A stretch of DNA of 64,000 nucleotides from an uncultured Eubacteriales bacterium (lineage in GTDB: Bacteria; Acidobacteriota; Aminicenantia; Aminicenantales; Aminicenantaceae): NCBI GenBank assembly GCA_964449165.1, contig CAYVAT010000004.1, positions 91,317 through 155,316 on the forward strand, read 5' to 3'. The notes under the pieces are model-generated. The model was not told the DNA's origin. It was given only the letters and a program-made list of their open reading frames with translations, and searched no databases. Made by a program: the position numbers and the translations under genes. Of this stretch, positions 1 to 9,715 are shown one piece after another. Numbering within the stretch: position 1 is the stretch's first letter; every line of letters starts with the position of its first letter.

Positions 1-2040
1 TGAAGTGTATTCAGTTGAAGGTGGCGTAAAGTTGGAGGTCCAGCGAGCTATTCCTTTTGATATGCGTATCTCATCCAACCAACCATTAAAATGCTCTTCG
101 TTGCCTCTTGATCCGATATAGAATGTGTTTTTTGAATCGTATATTGAAATAAGCCCCATGTGATGCTTATGACCTATTTGAGAACCATCAACAAATGCCA
201 TAAGATCTGATCCATTTCTTAATATTGCTATGTGATACCACGTATCCAATGAGGGAGACCAAGGAAATCGTGCATCTGTGTTGTTGCTTCCGTCAGTGCT
301 GTATGAAAACTTTAAGCTGTTAAACTCTTCCTCCCAAGCAATCTGCCACGCTTTGTTAGGACTATAATAGGGGTATCCAACGAGAACCTGAGTGCGAGAA
401 GTGCTTGCAAACCTCACCCAAAAATCCACGGTGAAGTTGCCAGAGCCAAACGTCAGACCCTCATTGTCAGCAATCTCCAGACGGCCTCCGTCACCTTTAA
501 ACAGGCCGGCCCCTCCTCCAAATTTAGATTGTAATGTACTAGTATGAGCGTTGCCCTTAATATAACCTAAGGATTTTAATCTTTCTATTAACCTCTTATT
601 TTCCTGTTTGATTTCACGCTCGTGCTTCTTGGAGCTAAGAGTAACTTTCCCCAGGTTCCATTCGAAAGATGACAAGCGTTTTTTCATGCTGGCAAATACA
701 AACTTTAAATGCTCATCTGTTAGGTCGCATTCAGATTCCTCAAAACTTAGATTAAAAAGTTGAGGATATGGAGGTGCGAAACGAAGATGTTTATATTGGT
801 AAGTATTTACAAGTTTAAAATTATCTGTTTGGATGCACTCCATGTAAAAAGAAAGCTGCTGCTGATCGCCTTTGGATATGAGTTGTGAAAAAATATATTT
901 CCTTTTGAACTTTTCGCCATTTATTAAACCTCTCAAGCTTTGGCCTTTAAAGGATGAATCATCAGCGATTTTAAAGTCGGATTTTACGTAATCTAGAATT
1001 GTTGGGAGTATGTCAATATGCTGAACTTTTTCAAGAATTATCTTTCCATTTTTTTGATTCGGCAATAAAATAATGAGCGGTATTTTAATTTGTTCTTCAT
1101 AGAGTGAAGTACCATGCCCATTAATAGCTTGTCCTAAAAAATCTTTTCTCTCCCAGAAAGATTCACCATGGTCAGATGTTAAAATAATAATACTGTTTTT
1201 CATTAAGCCACGTTGTTTCAAATAACTTATCAATTTATGAAACTCGGTATCAAAAAAATTGACTTCCCCCATATAAAGTTTTTTCGAAACGCTTTTTTCT
1301 GTGGGCGTAAAATCGCTCGTATCAACCATAGTCTTAAGTTTCGCTCTTCCAGAAACATGCTTTCTTTCTTCTCCTTTCCCAATATATTTTTCTGTATATT
1401 CGATCGGGGGATCGTAAGGATTATGAGGGTCTATGTACCATAGCATTGCGAAAAACTTTTTGTACCTCTTATTATCAAGCCATTTTATAAACTTACTATT
1501 CACCTCATCGCAGTTAGTGTCTCTCCATCTAGTCTCCTCTATAAAAATATCAAATCCTCTGGCAAGTCCCTGTCTACTACTTACATGCGGATTTGTTGAG
1601 ATGCCAAAAGTCTGATATCCTTTCTTTTTTAACAATTCTGCCATGCTTTTAAATCTAGTAGGCAAGCGCCATCGATAATTGATATACCCGTGGTCGGATG
1701 GATAGACCGAGCAGAATATTGACGGAGCAGAATTCATTGTGTTAGGACTCTGAGCAACTGCATTCTTAAATAGGACTGCGTTTTTAGCAAACTCGTCGAT
1801 GTTTGGGGTAAGAGTACTATTCTTGTTATAACATCCTAGACTGTCAGCTCGCCAAGCATCAACTATCAGTAAAATAATGTTGGGTTCTTCAGGCGGATTT
1901 ATTTTGGTTTCGGTGATTACGCTTAAATATAAAACAATAAGAAAGATAATCAGGATAAACGCTGCTCTTTTAATATAGTTGGCTTTTAGAATCTTTGATG
2001 TTTCTGACCATTTTGATAATGCATTGGTTATTTTATTCAT
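1..2040 (-). CDS. Sulfatase-like (alkaline-phosphatase superfamily) enzyme with an N-terminal TM anchor and a C-terminal LamG/ConA-like jelly-roll domain; 3' end runs off the window at position 1
   Basis: Hand translation of the minus strand from the ATG at 2040: MNKITNALSKW..., TM segment AAFILIIFLIVLYLSVI, metal-binding motifs LIVDAWRADSLG and IIILTSDHGESFWER typical of sulfatase/LtaS/EptA-type enzymes; C-terminal FTVDFWVRF...WYHIAI...MAFVDG...FNGWLDEIRISKGIARW is a LamG_3-type module. No Cys-x-Pro-x-Arg formylglycine motif (the equivalent region reads SAPSIF). Frame still open at nt 1. Confidence 0.7.
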   Translation of the reverse strand, partial: MNKITNALSKWSETSKILKANYIKRAAFILIIFLIVLYLSVITETKINPPEEPNIILLIVDAWRADSLGCYNKNSTLTPNIDEFAKNAVLFKNAVAQSPNTMNSAPSIFCSVYPSDHGYINYRWRLPTRFKSMAELLKKKGYQTFGISTNPHVSSRQGLARGFDIFIEETRWRDTNCDEVNSKFIKWLDNKRYKKFFAMLWYIDPHNPYDPPIEYTEKYIGKGEERKHVSGRAKLKTMVDTSDFTPTEKSVSKKLYMGEVNFFDTEFHKLISYLKQRGLMKNSIIILTSDHGESFWERKDFLGQAINGHGTSLYEEQIKIPLIILLPNQKNGKIILEKVQHIDILPTILDYVKSDFKIADDSSFKGQSLRGLINGEKFKRKYIFSQLISKGDQQQLSFYMECIQTDNFKLVNTYQYKHLRFAPPYPQLFNLSFEESECDLTDEHLKFVFASMKKRLSSFEWNLGKVTLSSKKHEREIKQENKRLIERLKSLGYIKGNAHTSTLQSKFGGGAGLFKGDGGRLEIADNEGLTFGSGNFTVDFWVRFASTSRTQVLVGYPYYSPNKAWQIAWEEEFNSLKFSYSTDGSNNTDARFPWSPSLDTWYHIAILRNGSDLMAFVDGSQIGHKHHMGLISIYDSKNTFYIGSRGNEEHFNGWLDEIRISKGIARWTSNFTPPSTEYTS

Positions 2041-2122
2041 TCGATGTTCTAAAGGCGTGTGTTAAAGAAGCCCCTTGCGCCCCTCATCATTTTTAATCGG
2101 ATAGAACCCAGTATTTGCTGTT

Positions 2123-3283
2123 TTAGTGTTGTTTCAATTCCCCCTTGTCAATCTTTACCCAGTTCACTTGTGTAATCATCTGATGCAAAGCCGCTTTGGC
2201 CACGGCGACCTGGGTAGCATACTTCGGTGTTGTGCTTGCAGGAAAAGTTGCGAGTGTTGCGTCGCCGACAAGAAAGACATTGAAGTCTTTGCTCAGATTT
2301 TCGTAGCCGCACGTGGTGCTGATGACACACATATCTGTGGCGTATCCGGTCAGTAAAATGTGACGTACACCTTTGCTCTTCAAGTAATCGCGGACTTTTT
2401 GGTACCCTTCATCGTCATAAAACACTATATCGTTTTTTCTCAGCTCGAGAGATTTAACAATCGGAATCGGCAACTGCCCGTATCCTGGTCCGTTATAGTA
2501 GACACTGTCATCCGTGGAGGGAGTGAGACTAAAGTAGCTCTTAACGGGCGTATTTGCGTCAAGTAGAAGGGTTTTTTTCAATGGATTCCCTTCGAACTTG
2601 TGTCTGCTCAACAATTCAGCGAGCAAGTTCTTACCCTGTTCGATGTCCTGTTCTTCAGGCTTTGTTAATATTGAGGAATAGAGAAGCTTTCGAACTTGGT
2701 CTTCCGAGCCCGGCAAAGAATGTCCTACAAGAGAAACATAACCGCGCAACCGGGATAAAAAAGGGTTAATCACGTCCTGAACGTGCATGATCATTAACTT
2801 ATTTTTTTCTGGAGTGCCGAAGAATTTGCACCCCGCAGGTTCGGGCGTTTTCAGTCCATGTCCATCATCGATACCCCAAGGATGGACATTAATAATTGCT
2901 GTTGCTTTTGCCTCAAGTCGATTCTCCATCTCGACAATACCGCGGGCATTGTACCAGTAACGCCAGGACCTAACGAGCATATCGCTGGCCTTCTCGTCCA
3001 CGACCGGCGGTGCTAGAAAACGGTGATCCGATTGCAAAGGTTGGACATATTCTGGATAGTCAGCCAGCAATGGCATAGGATCTTTGATTTTTTCTAAAGT
3101 ATTATAATAATTATTTGTAGATTTTTCTCTTTTATTCAATTCGTACAACGCTTTCAGTTTTTGATTGGCAAACAGTACCAAGGAAATTGTGAGTAGTCCC
3201 CACAAAATTACGGTAATTATGCTTCTTTGTTTATGGGAATTTCTTTTTAGTACTTGCCGCGAATTCTTTACAATTTTAATCAA
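2123..3283 (-). CDS. Membrane-anchored isochorismatase-family (cysteine hydrolase) protein
   Basis: N-terminal TM (IITVILWGLLTISLVLF); C-terminal region HILLTGYATDMCVISTTCGYENLSKDFNVFLVGDATLA resembles the isochorismatase/CSHase catalytic Cys region. Confidence 0.55.
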   Translation of the reverse strand: MIKIVKNSRQVLKRNSHKQRSIITVILWGLLTISLVLFANQKLKALYELNKREKSTNNYYNTLEKIKDPMPLLADYPEYVQPLQSDHRFLAPPVVDEKASDMLVRSWRYWYNARGIVEMENRLEAKATAIINVHPWGIDDGHGLKTPEPAGCKFFGTPEKNKLMIMHVQDVINPFLSRLRGYVSLVGHSLPGSEDQVRKLLYSSILTKPEEQDIEQGKNLLAELLSRHKFEGNPLKKTLLLDANTPVKSYFSLTPSTDDSVYYNGPGYGQLPIPIVKSLELRKNDIVFYDDEGYQKVRDYLKSKGVRHILLTGYATDMCVISTTCGYENLSKDFNVFLVGDATLATFPASTTPKYATQVAVAKAALHQMITQVNWVKIDKGELKQH

Positions 3284-3391
3284 TCCTCACTCCCTTCAGC
3301 GAGCAGTTTATCGCCCAACTAAAATTCTTTATATTTTATGTATCTTATTGCTAATTTTTGATAAGTTCAGTCTGAATTTTCACAATCAATT

Positions 3392-4096
3392 TCACTTAAG
3401 AAAATTCAGTATATATTCACAGTGCATAAAATCAAACTCGGTATCGACATCCATCGATTCTTTTTCAGAGATGATTACACCTTTCATGTTCTGGTTATCC
3501 AAGATATTTTCCTTATAAATGATATGAGTTTTCATAGCATCAACCACACCATTGATTCGATAAACAGGCGGCAGAAGTTGACGCTGATAATATTTGCTGA
3601 GTTTTATGTCTCCTGAAATAAGCTCGGCACTTCCGTCTTCGGATAATCTATACATCCAGTAAGGATGGTGAACTCCTTCCACCAGGGTCATCGTCCTTAC
3701 AACATCTGCACCAGTATCTCTTATCTTCTTGACTACCCTGTCAATGATTTGCGGAGTTTTAAACGGGGTGGTAGGTCTTAAGTTTACGACAATCTCAGGC
3801 TCGTAATCATCGTTGTTTTTTAACCATTCAAGGACATGTAAAAAGACTGGCTGGTCAGGAGTGTCACTTTTGGCTAATTCAGCAGGTCTCAGGAAAGGAA
3901 CCTCCGCGCCCCATTTTCGAGCGACCTCTGCTATTTCTTCATCATCTGTTGAAACAACCAGCCGTTCGATTGAAGTCGAGTGCAATGCGGCCTCGATGGT
4001 GTAAGCAATCAAAGGCTTGCCAGCAAGAAGCCTTATGTTTTTCCTCGGAACTCGCCTGGAGCCTCCGCGAGCAGGAATTATGCCCAGCACCTTCAT
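3392..4096 (-). CDS. CMP-nonulosonate (acylneuraminate-family) cytidylyltransferase, copy 1
   Basis: MKVLGIIPARGGSRRVPRKNIRLLAGKPLIAYTIE...VSTDDEEIAEVARKWGAEV matches the NeuA/CMP-NeuAc synthetase-family N-terminus; ATG at 4096 overlaps the upstream TGA (ATGA), so start taken at the internal Met rather than the ORF-track start. Confidence 0.85.
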   Translation of the reverse strand: MKVLGIIPARGGSRRVPRKNIRLLAGKPLIAYTIEAALHSTSIERLVVSTDDEEIAEVARKWGAEVPFLRPAELAKSDTPDQPVFLHVLEWLKNNDDYEPEIVVNLRPTTPFKTPQIIDRVVKKIRDTGADVVRTMTLVEGVHHPYWMYRLSEDGSAELISGDIKLSKYYQRQLLPPVYRINGVVDAMKTHIIYKENILDNQNMKGVIISEKESMDVDTEFDFMHCEYILNFLK

Positions 4097-5229
4097 TTTA
4101 TTTTTTTTACGATATTCTTCAAATTTTCTATTATGTAGTTTTGATCCTCCACCGTAAGACCAACCCACATAGGTAAATCAATGAGTTGCTTCCATGCCTT
4201 GTAGCTCGTAGGATAGGAGTCATTTTTATACCCAAATCTCTTCTGGTAGTAAGGCTGGATGTGAATAGGGGGAAAACTCAATCGAGTGTCGATTCCTCTC
4301 GATTTTAATTCAGATACAACTCTGTCACGATCCAGCCCTTCTTTCAATGAAACGGCATACATATACCAGGCATGGCGATTGACATATTCAGGCACAAAGG
4401 GTGGAGAAATATCAGTGGATTCCCTGAATGCGTCGCTATACCTTTCAGCAATCTTGTTCTTCTCATTCAGAATAAATTCAACTCTCTTGAGCTGCTCGAT
4501 CCCGATAGCTGCTGGAATATCCGTCATACGATAGTTGTATCCCAGGTGAATATGGTGATACCGATAATCCTGTCCCTGGTTGCGAACCTGCCGTGTTAAG
4601 ACAGCTTTTTCATCATCATCGGTTGTGACCATCCCTCCTTCACCTGTTGTGATGTTCTTGTTTGGAAAGAAGCTGAATATATGTAGAGGAGCGATCGATC
4701 CCACCTTTCTCCCTTTATAAACAGCCCCCAGTGATTCTGCACTGTCAGCAATAACAATCAAGCCCTTCTCTTCTGCAAAAGCGAGCAGGTGGTCATAGTC
4801 AACCGGCATCCCATTCATGTCCACTGCAATTATGGCCTTTGTCTTGCCTGTTATTCTCTTCTCGGCATCTTCAAGGGAGATATTATAAGTCTTTGGATCA
4901 CACTCCACCAGAACCGGAATGGCTCGTTCATACAGTACAACATTAGCAGTCGAGATAAATGTTATGGTAGGAATAAGCACTTCATCGCCTTCCTCAATGC
5001 CAGATGAAATCAAGGCAAGGTGCAAAGCCGTCGTTCCACTGTTGGCTGCAATCGCATGTCTAGCTCCCACATACCTCGCAAATTCATTTTCAAATTCCTC
5101 AACCCTCTTCCCCATACTCAACCATCCGGACTTAACCACCTCGTACACAGCCTTAGCCTCTTCCTCACCGAGGTAGGGATTTGCCAAGGGAATATTTTTC
5201 ATTTGTAAGTGCTCCTTCATTTTATTCAT
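4093..5229 (-). CDS. DegT/DnrJ/EryC1/StrS-family PLP-dependent sugar aminotransferase (PseC/LegC/WbpE-like)
   Basis: NPYLGEEEAKAVYEVVKSGWLSMGKRVEEFENEFARYVGARHAIAANSGTTALHLAL...SFFPNKNITTGEGGMV typical of DegT family; true start may be the internal Met at about 5202. Confidence 0.85.
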   Translation of the reverse strand: MNKMKEHLQMKNIPLANPYLGEEEAKAVYEVVKSGWLSMGKRVEEFENEFARYVGARHAIAANSGTTALHLALISSGIEEGDEVLIPTITFISTANVVLYERAIPVLVECDPKTYNISLEDAEKRITGKTKAIIAVDMNGMPVDYDHLLAFAEEKGLIVIADSAESLGAVYKGRKVGSIAPLHIFSFFPNKNITTGEGGMVTTDDDEKAVLTRQVRNQGQDYRYHHIHLGYNYRMTDIPAAIGIEQLKRVEFILNEKNKIAERYSDAFRESTDISPPFVPEYVNRHAWYMYAVSLKEGLDRDRVVSELKSRGIDTRLSFPPIHIQPYYQKRFGYKNDSYPTSYKAWKQLIDLPMWVGLTVEDQNYIIENLKNIVKKIK

Positions 5230-5250
5230 TACTGTAGATGCCTGAATGTT

Positions 5251-6273
5251 TCATCTTATGATTTCTTCGTCATTACCTTCATATCGTGGAATAGTATCAT
5301 CAGTATACCAGTCGGTCGTCTTCATTAATCCTTTCCTTAAGGATGTTTGAGGTTCATATCCCAGAGACCGTATCTTGGCAATGCTCGGGCACCTTCTTCT
5401 TGTTCCTCCCGGGAGACGCTTGCCAGGTATTATATTAATCTTGAATTCCAGCAATCCTGCAATCTCTTTAGCGAGATCAGCAATGGTGATTTCATCTTCA
5501 GTACCAATGTGGTAGATCTCACGGCTCTTGCCGAGAGTAGCACACAGAAGTATTCCTTCTACAGCGTCATCAATGTAACAGAATGACCTGGTCTCTTCTC
5601 CTGTTCCCTGAATCGGAAAGTCAATCTCTTTCCTTCGAAAATTATCACTCAGTGTTTTCATGCGCAGTATGAATTGGGGGATGACATGACCCACTCCCAT
5701 ATCAGGACCGTAAAAATTGTGTGGACGGCATATCACGGTTCTCAAGCCAGTCTTTGCAGTATAATGAATAGCTAACAGCTCGGTTATTATTTTTCCTCCA
5801 CTGTATGAAAATCTTGGATTTTTGACATCAGGAATAATGAGCCTTTCCTCTTCGGAAGTAGGGATATGTGAAGGCTCCTGATACACTTCTGATGACGAAG
5901 TGACTAAATAATTACTTACTCCGCATCTCATGGCTGCATCTAGTGTATTCAAGGCACCCTTGACACCCACCTCAAGCACCCTTTCAGGAATTCTGTAGAA
6001 ATTCTCTGTGCCGTTGATAAAGGCAAGGTGAAACAGGGTATCAATCCCCTTGCATGCTTGATAAACCTGATTGAAATCTGTGACATCTCCTTCTCTGTAG
6101 TCAACCTTCTCCAGATACCCTTCCAGTCTGCGGACCATTCCCCTTGAGTTGTTGTCGAGGATACGTACAGAGGCACCTCCATCCACCAATCTCTTGGTCA
6201 GATTGGAACCGACGAATCCTGTTCCCCCGGTTATCAATATTTTTCCCAAGTTCGCTGTCTTTATCCTCTGCAT
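5251..6273 (-). CDS. NAD-dependent epimerase/dehydratase (extended SDR), nucleotide-sugar modifying
   Basis: ILITGGTGFVGSNL Rossmann motif, YSGGK catalytic YxxxK, about 340 aa. Confidence 0.8.
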   Translation of the reverse strand: MQRIKTANLGKILITGGTGFVGSNLTKRLVDGGASVRILDNNSRGMVRRLEGYLEKVDYREGDVTDFNQVYQACKGIDTLFHLAFINGTENFYRIPERVLEVGVKGALNTLDAAMRCGVSNYLVTSSSEVYQEPSHIPTSEEERLIIPDVKNPRFSYSGGKIITELLAIHYTAKTGLRTVICRPHNFYGPDMGVGHVIPQFILRMKTLSDNFRRKEIDFPIQGTGEETRSFCYIDDAVEGILLCATLGKSREIYHIGTEDEITIADLAKEIAGLLEFKINIIPGKRLPGGTRRRCPSIAKIRSLGYEPQTSLRKGLMKTTDWYTDDTIPRYEGNDEEIIR

Positions 6274-7943
6274 CCTATCCCTATGTATCTAATGTTATTA
6301 ACTGTTATGATATCTTTAGGTTCAAAGGTATACCAGCCATCCACGAAAATACAGTCATTCCTGGCAGAATTCAGCAAATCAAACACATCCATCTTCTTGT
6401 AGCTTTTATGATTATTCATGATCAGCACCACATCTGCATCCTTGAAGCCTTCAGCGATAGAAACCGGCTTCACACCCAATGCTGTTATCTCTTCCTGTGA
6501 CACGATCGGATCATAGCCAAAAAAGGAGCTGTCTCTCATCCCCTTTTTACGGAAGTGGTTTAATAGATCTATGGTAGTTGAGCCTCTTAGGTCAGATGTT
6601 TCTGGCTCTCCCTTAAAAGCAAATCCAATAATAAAGATTTTTAATTTATCGATCTTTTTCTTCAACTCCATGATCTGTTGATATACGTCTTCCACAATAT
6701 GGTAGGGAATAAATTCGTTTATCTGTCTCGAGTGTGAGACCATCCTGGGTTGGTGCTTTAGTTCCTTACATGAGTGGATCAGGAAGTATGGGTCCTTGGT
6801 AAGGCATGCTCCTCCAACACCAGGGCTGGGTACCGGTATCTCATCCCTTACGTATCCCAGATTTGCGGCCTGTACCAATTTAACCATATCCAGTCCCAAT
6901 TCTTTACACACCAGTGCCATCTCGTTTGCGTACCCGAACTTGACATCGCGGAAGGTGTTATTGAGAATTTTAACCATCTCTGCACCTTCCAAAGATCCTA
7001 CATCCACAATTATCGGTGTAATCTCTCTGAATAACCTGTTAACAAGCATCGTGCTTTTCTTGTCATATCCACCTATTATCTGAGGCAGTTCTTTGATTTC
7101 AGATATCGCTCTGCCTTCAATTGTTCTTTCAGGTGCATAGGCCAAATAGTAATCAATGCCTGCCTTGAGGCCTGACAGCTCGTTCAGGATTGGTAACATG
7201 ACCTCTCTTGTTGTTCTCACCGGTACCGTAGAACGTAAGACAACTAGATCGTCCGGCTTTAAGAATTTGGCTATATACCTGGCGGCTTCCTCGATATTAT
7301 CGATAATTGGTTTCTTCGTCTCAGGGTTAACCGGAGTCCCTACTGATACGATATACGTATCCACTTTCAATCCAGAGAGATCAGAAATAGGGATGAGATT
7401 TTTCCCGACGTATCTATGAAGGTAAGCCTCCAGATTGTCTTCATAAAAGGGAACGAATCCATTCTTGATTTTTTCAATCAGCTTGCCGTCTGTATCATAC
7501 CCAAATACCTTAAATCCAAATTCGGCGAGGACAACCGATAATGTCAAGCCGACATAGCCCAGTCCGATCATACAGATCTGTCGGGACTTGGCATCCAGTA
7601 AAACACTCTTATCCTTGAAGGTTATGACTCCTTTAACACGTCCGTTATCGTCTAATACGGGTATCTGGGCATACTTTTCATTGACCAGCTCCAGCATTGT
7701 CTCCCGACTCATGCCTTCTTTGACCACGATAGGAGAGCGATTCATGATGTTTTTTACGGGTTCATCTGCATCATGCCCGCTTAAGAATCCTCTCCGGATA
7801 TCTCCGTCCGTAACGATACCCACCAGGCGGTCCTCGTCATCCACAATCATGGCAAATTTTGAGGCCGATTCATTGATAGCCTTCATGACCTCAAAAATAC
7901 TCTTACCCTCGGGAACCATTATTGATTGGATATCATATAACAT
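6261..7943 (-). CDS. CBS-pair domain fused to UDP-glucose/GDP-mannose dehydrogenase-family enzyme (UDP-N-acetylhexosamine 6-dehydrogenase-like, WbpA/WecC-type)
   Basis: N-terminal about 110 aa CBS pair (IVTDGDIRRGF...GVITFKD), then CMIGLGYVGLTLSVVLAEFGFKVFGYDTD NAD-binding start and conserved GGAC(L)TKD catalytic region. Confidence 0.8.
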   Translation of the reverse strand: MLYDIQSIMVPEGKSIFEVMKAINESASKFAMIVDDEDRLVGIVTDGDIRRGFLSGHDADEPVKNIMNRSPIVVKEGMSRETMLELVNEKYAQIPVLDDNGRVKGVITFKDKSVLLDAKSRQICMIGLGYVGLTLSVVLAEFGFKVFGYDTDGKLIEKIKNGFVPFYEDNLEAYLHRYVGKNLIPISDLSGLKVDTYIVSVGTPVNPETKKPIIDNIEEAARYIAKFLKPDDLVVLRSTVPVRTTREVMLPILNELSGLKAGIDYYLAYAPERTIEGRAISEIKELPQIIGGYDKKSTMLVNRLFREITPIIVDVGSLEGAEMVKILNNTFRDVKFGYANEMALVCKELGLDMVKLVQAANLGYVRDEIPVPSPGVGGACLTKDPYFLIHSCKELKHQPRMVSHSRQINEFIPYHIVEDVYQQIMELKKKIDKLKIFIIGFAFKGEPETSDLRGSTTIDLLNHFRKKGMRDSSFFGYDPIVSQEEITALGVKPVSIAEGFKDADVVLIMNNHKSYKKMDVFDLLNSARNDCIFVDGWYTFEPKDIITVNNIRYIGIGCRG

Positions 7944-8000
7944 CTCAGACTTTCCTTTCTAAAAAACTTATTACAAATAATATTGATTTAAAAATTTCTG

Positions 8001-8837
8001 TCAGAGGAGGTTCATCACCTGCTGTGAATTCATATAATCAGCGAGGGAGATGAGCGAATCATCATCTGGAAGGAACAGGAAATTCTCATTTGAGCGGTTG
8101 AATTGCCTTGGATTTTTGAGTATCGCTCCGGATTTTATTTGAGTGATCATGTAACCCAGTTCTTTCAGCAATTGTGCAGCATGGCTCTTTGAAGGATTGT
8201 CATCCTCCCATTTCTCACGGAGTATTTCGAGCACTATTACAGGTCGGTTCTTGACAATGGTGCTTTTTGCTCCTTCAAGGACAGCGTTCTCATGACCTTC
8301 TGCATCACATTTAATCAGCGAAACTCGTCTGTCAGATAGGGTTGAATAAGCGAGGTTGTCCAGCTGATTGGCAGGGATTTGGATTTTCTGCATATGCTCA
8401 TCATTTTTTATTTGATCTGCAGTATCAACTATGGCTGCAGTAGAGGAGATGGATGTATATGGAGGGACGAACATTTTCTTGGAACAGGCCTTGTTTGAAA
8501 GAGCGATATTCAGGCAAAGAATATTGCTATGGCGTTTTGTTCTTTTTTTTAGGAACTGATAATTCCCTGGGACAGGCTCGAAAGCGACTACAATACCATT
8601 TGGTCCCACTAGATGAGAAAGTCTTATCGTCCAGGCACCAATGTATGCACCAACATCAACAGCAGCAGAATCCTTTTCAACCAGACCTGACACAGAATTA
8701 AGCAAAGTGATCTCATTTGCTGTTAATTCTTCAGTGAGAAGTATATTTATTCTCTTGTAGTTATGCTGTATGAATGATGCGGCCGATTGACCGAGAAGCC
8801 TGTATATTGTTTTACGGAGTGCTCTTGGAATTCTCAA
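8001..8837 (-). CDS. FkbM-family SAM-dependent methyltransferase
   Basis: VDVGAYIGAWTIRLSHLVGPNGIVVAFEPVPGNYQFL...LIKCDAEGHENAVLEGA is the FkbM-domain pattern. Confidence 0.7.
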   Translation of the reverse strand: MRIPRALRKTIYRLLGQSAASFIQHNYKRINILLTEELTANEITLLNSVSGLVEKDSAAVDVGAYIGAWTIRLSHLVGPNGIVVAFEPVPGNYQFLKKRTKRHSNILCLNIALSNKACSKKMFVPPYTSISSTAAIVDTADQIKNDEHMQKIQIPANQLDNLAYSTLSDRRVSLIKCDAEGHENAVLEGAKSTIVKNRPVIVLEILREKWEDDNPSKSHAAQLLKELGYMITQIKSGAILKNPRQFNRSNENFLFLPDDDSLISLADYMNSQQVMNLL

Positions 8838-9715
8838 TCTTCCCTTCTTAAAATATTTTTAACCATCTGATATTGGCTCATGATCTCTGCTGTTTTAATT
8901 CCCCTGCATTCGATGGTTATCGGTATCTTTCCCGGATCAAATCTCCTTACAGCTCTCAGTTGCCAGCAATCCGGGGCTAAAAGAACATGTTCATCTTTCT
9001 TGCCATCATTTCCAGATAAATGGATTTCAAAAATCTTGTCCTGGAAACCTTTGCTAAGGGTTTCTATGAATTCGTCTTTATTGAAACCAAAATAATTTGC
9101 GGAGATAACGAGATGCCCTAAATCTAACAGAAAGCCTATATTGTCGTCCTGTCTGCAATAATCGAGAAACTGAATAATCTCAGCCGGAGTGCAGAGTAAT
9201 GAACTATCAGGAGCATCACTAATCGGAAAGAGGTTCTCCAGACCAATCCTGACTCCCCGCATGACAGCATATTTCCTGATCTCCAAAAGCGATTCATACA
9301 TAATGGCTGATGCATATGCAGGGCTTATACCTGAATAACCATCAGCTACAAAGTAATCACTTTCTTGTGAGGCTCGTAATTCTCTCGTATAGCCTGGATG
9401 CAGCGTATAGCAATCTATTTCTAAATCATGGGCTAGATCGATGCTTCTTTTGACAAAATTGATGCTTTTTAATCTTGTTTCTTTATTACTGCTTGCAATA
9501 TTTAAAACAAAGTCTTTCTTGGATGGAGGGAAATAATTATGAATGAGAAGATTAAGAGAAAATTCTTTCTTTAAGCCTTTCAGTTTTTTCAAGATGTTGT
9601 CAGAATAGCTCAGTCCTCCGCTGAGCTCAATATTACAAATACAAATACTAGCAAGTGTGTTGATAGATTCCTCTAGAGAAGAGCTGTTAACAGCTGCAGA
9701 AGAAACATAGATCAT
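8834..9715 (-). CDS. Xylose-isomerase-like TIM-barrel sugar (phosphate) isomerase/epimerase family protein
   Basis: Motifs YTLHPGY, GLENLFP and LDLGHL spaced as in AP-endonuclease-2/xylose-isomerase TIM barrels. Confidence 0.6.
   Translation of the reverse strand: MIYVSSAAVNSSSLEESINTLASICICNIELSGGLSYSDNILKKLKGLKKEFSLNLLIHNYFPPSKKDFVLNIASSNKETRLKSINFVKRSIDLAHDLEIDCYTLHPGYTRELRASQESDYFVADGYSGISPAYASAIMYESLLEIRKYAVMRGVRIGLENLFPISDAPDSSLLCTPAEIIQFLDYCRQDDNIGFLLDLGHLVISANYFGFNKDEFIETLSKGFQDKIFEIHLSGNDGKKDEHVLLAPDCWQLRAVRRFDPGKIPITIECRGIKTAEIMSQYQMVKNILRRED

Noticed and set aside
1-2040. Calling the first gene a true arylsulfatase
   Set aside because: The formylglycine consensus C/S-x-P-x-R is not present (SAPSIF). 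Only the generic sulfatase-fold metal-binding motifs are visible, so a phospho-head-group transferase/hydrolase is more likely.
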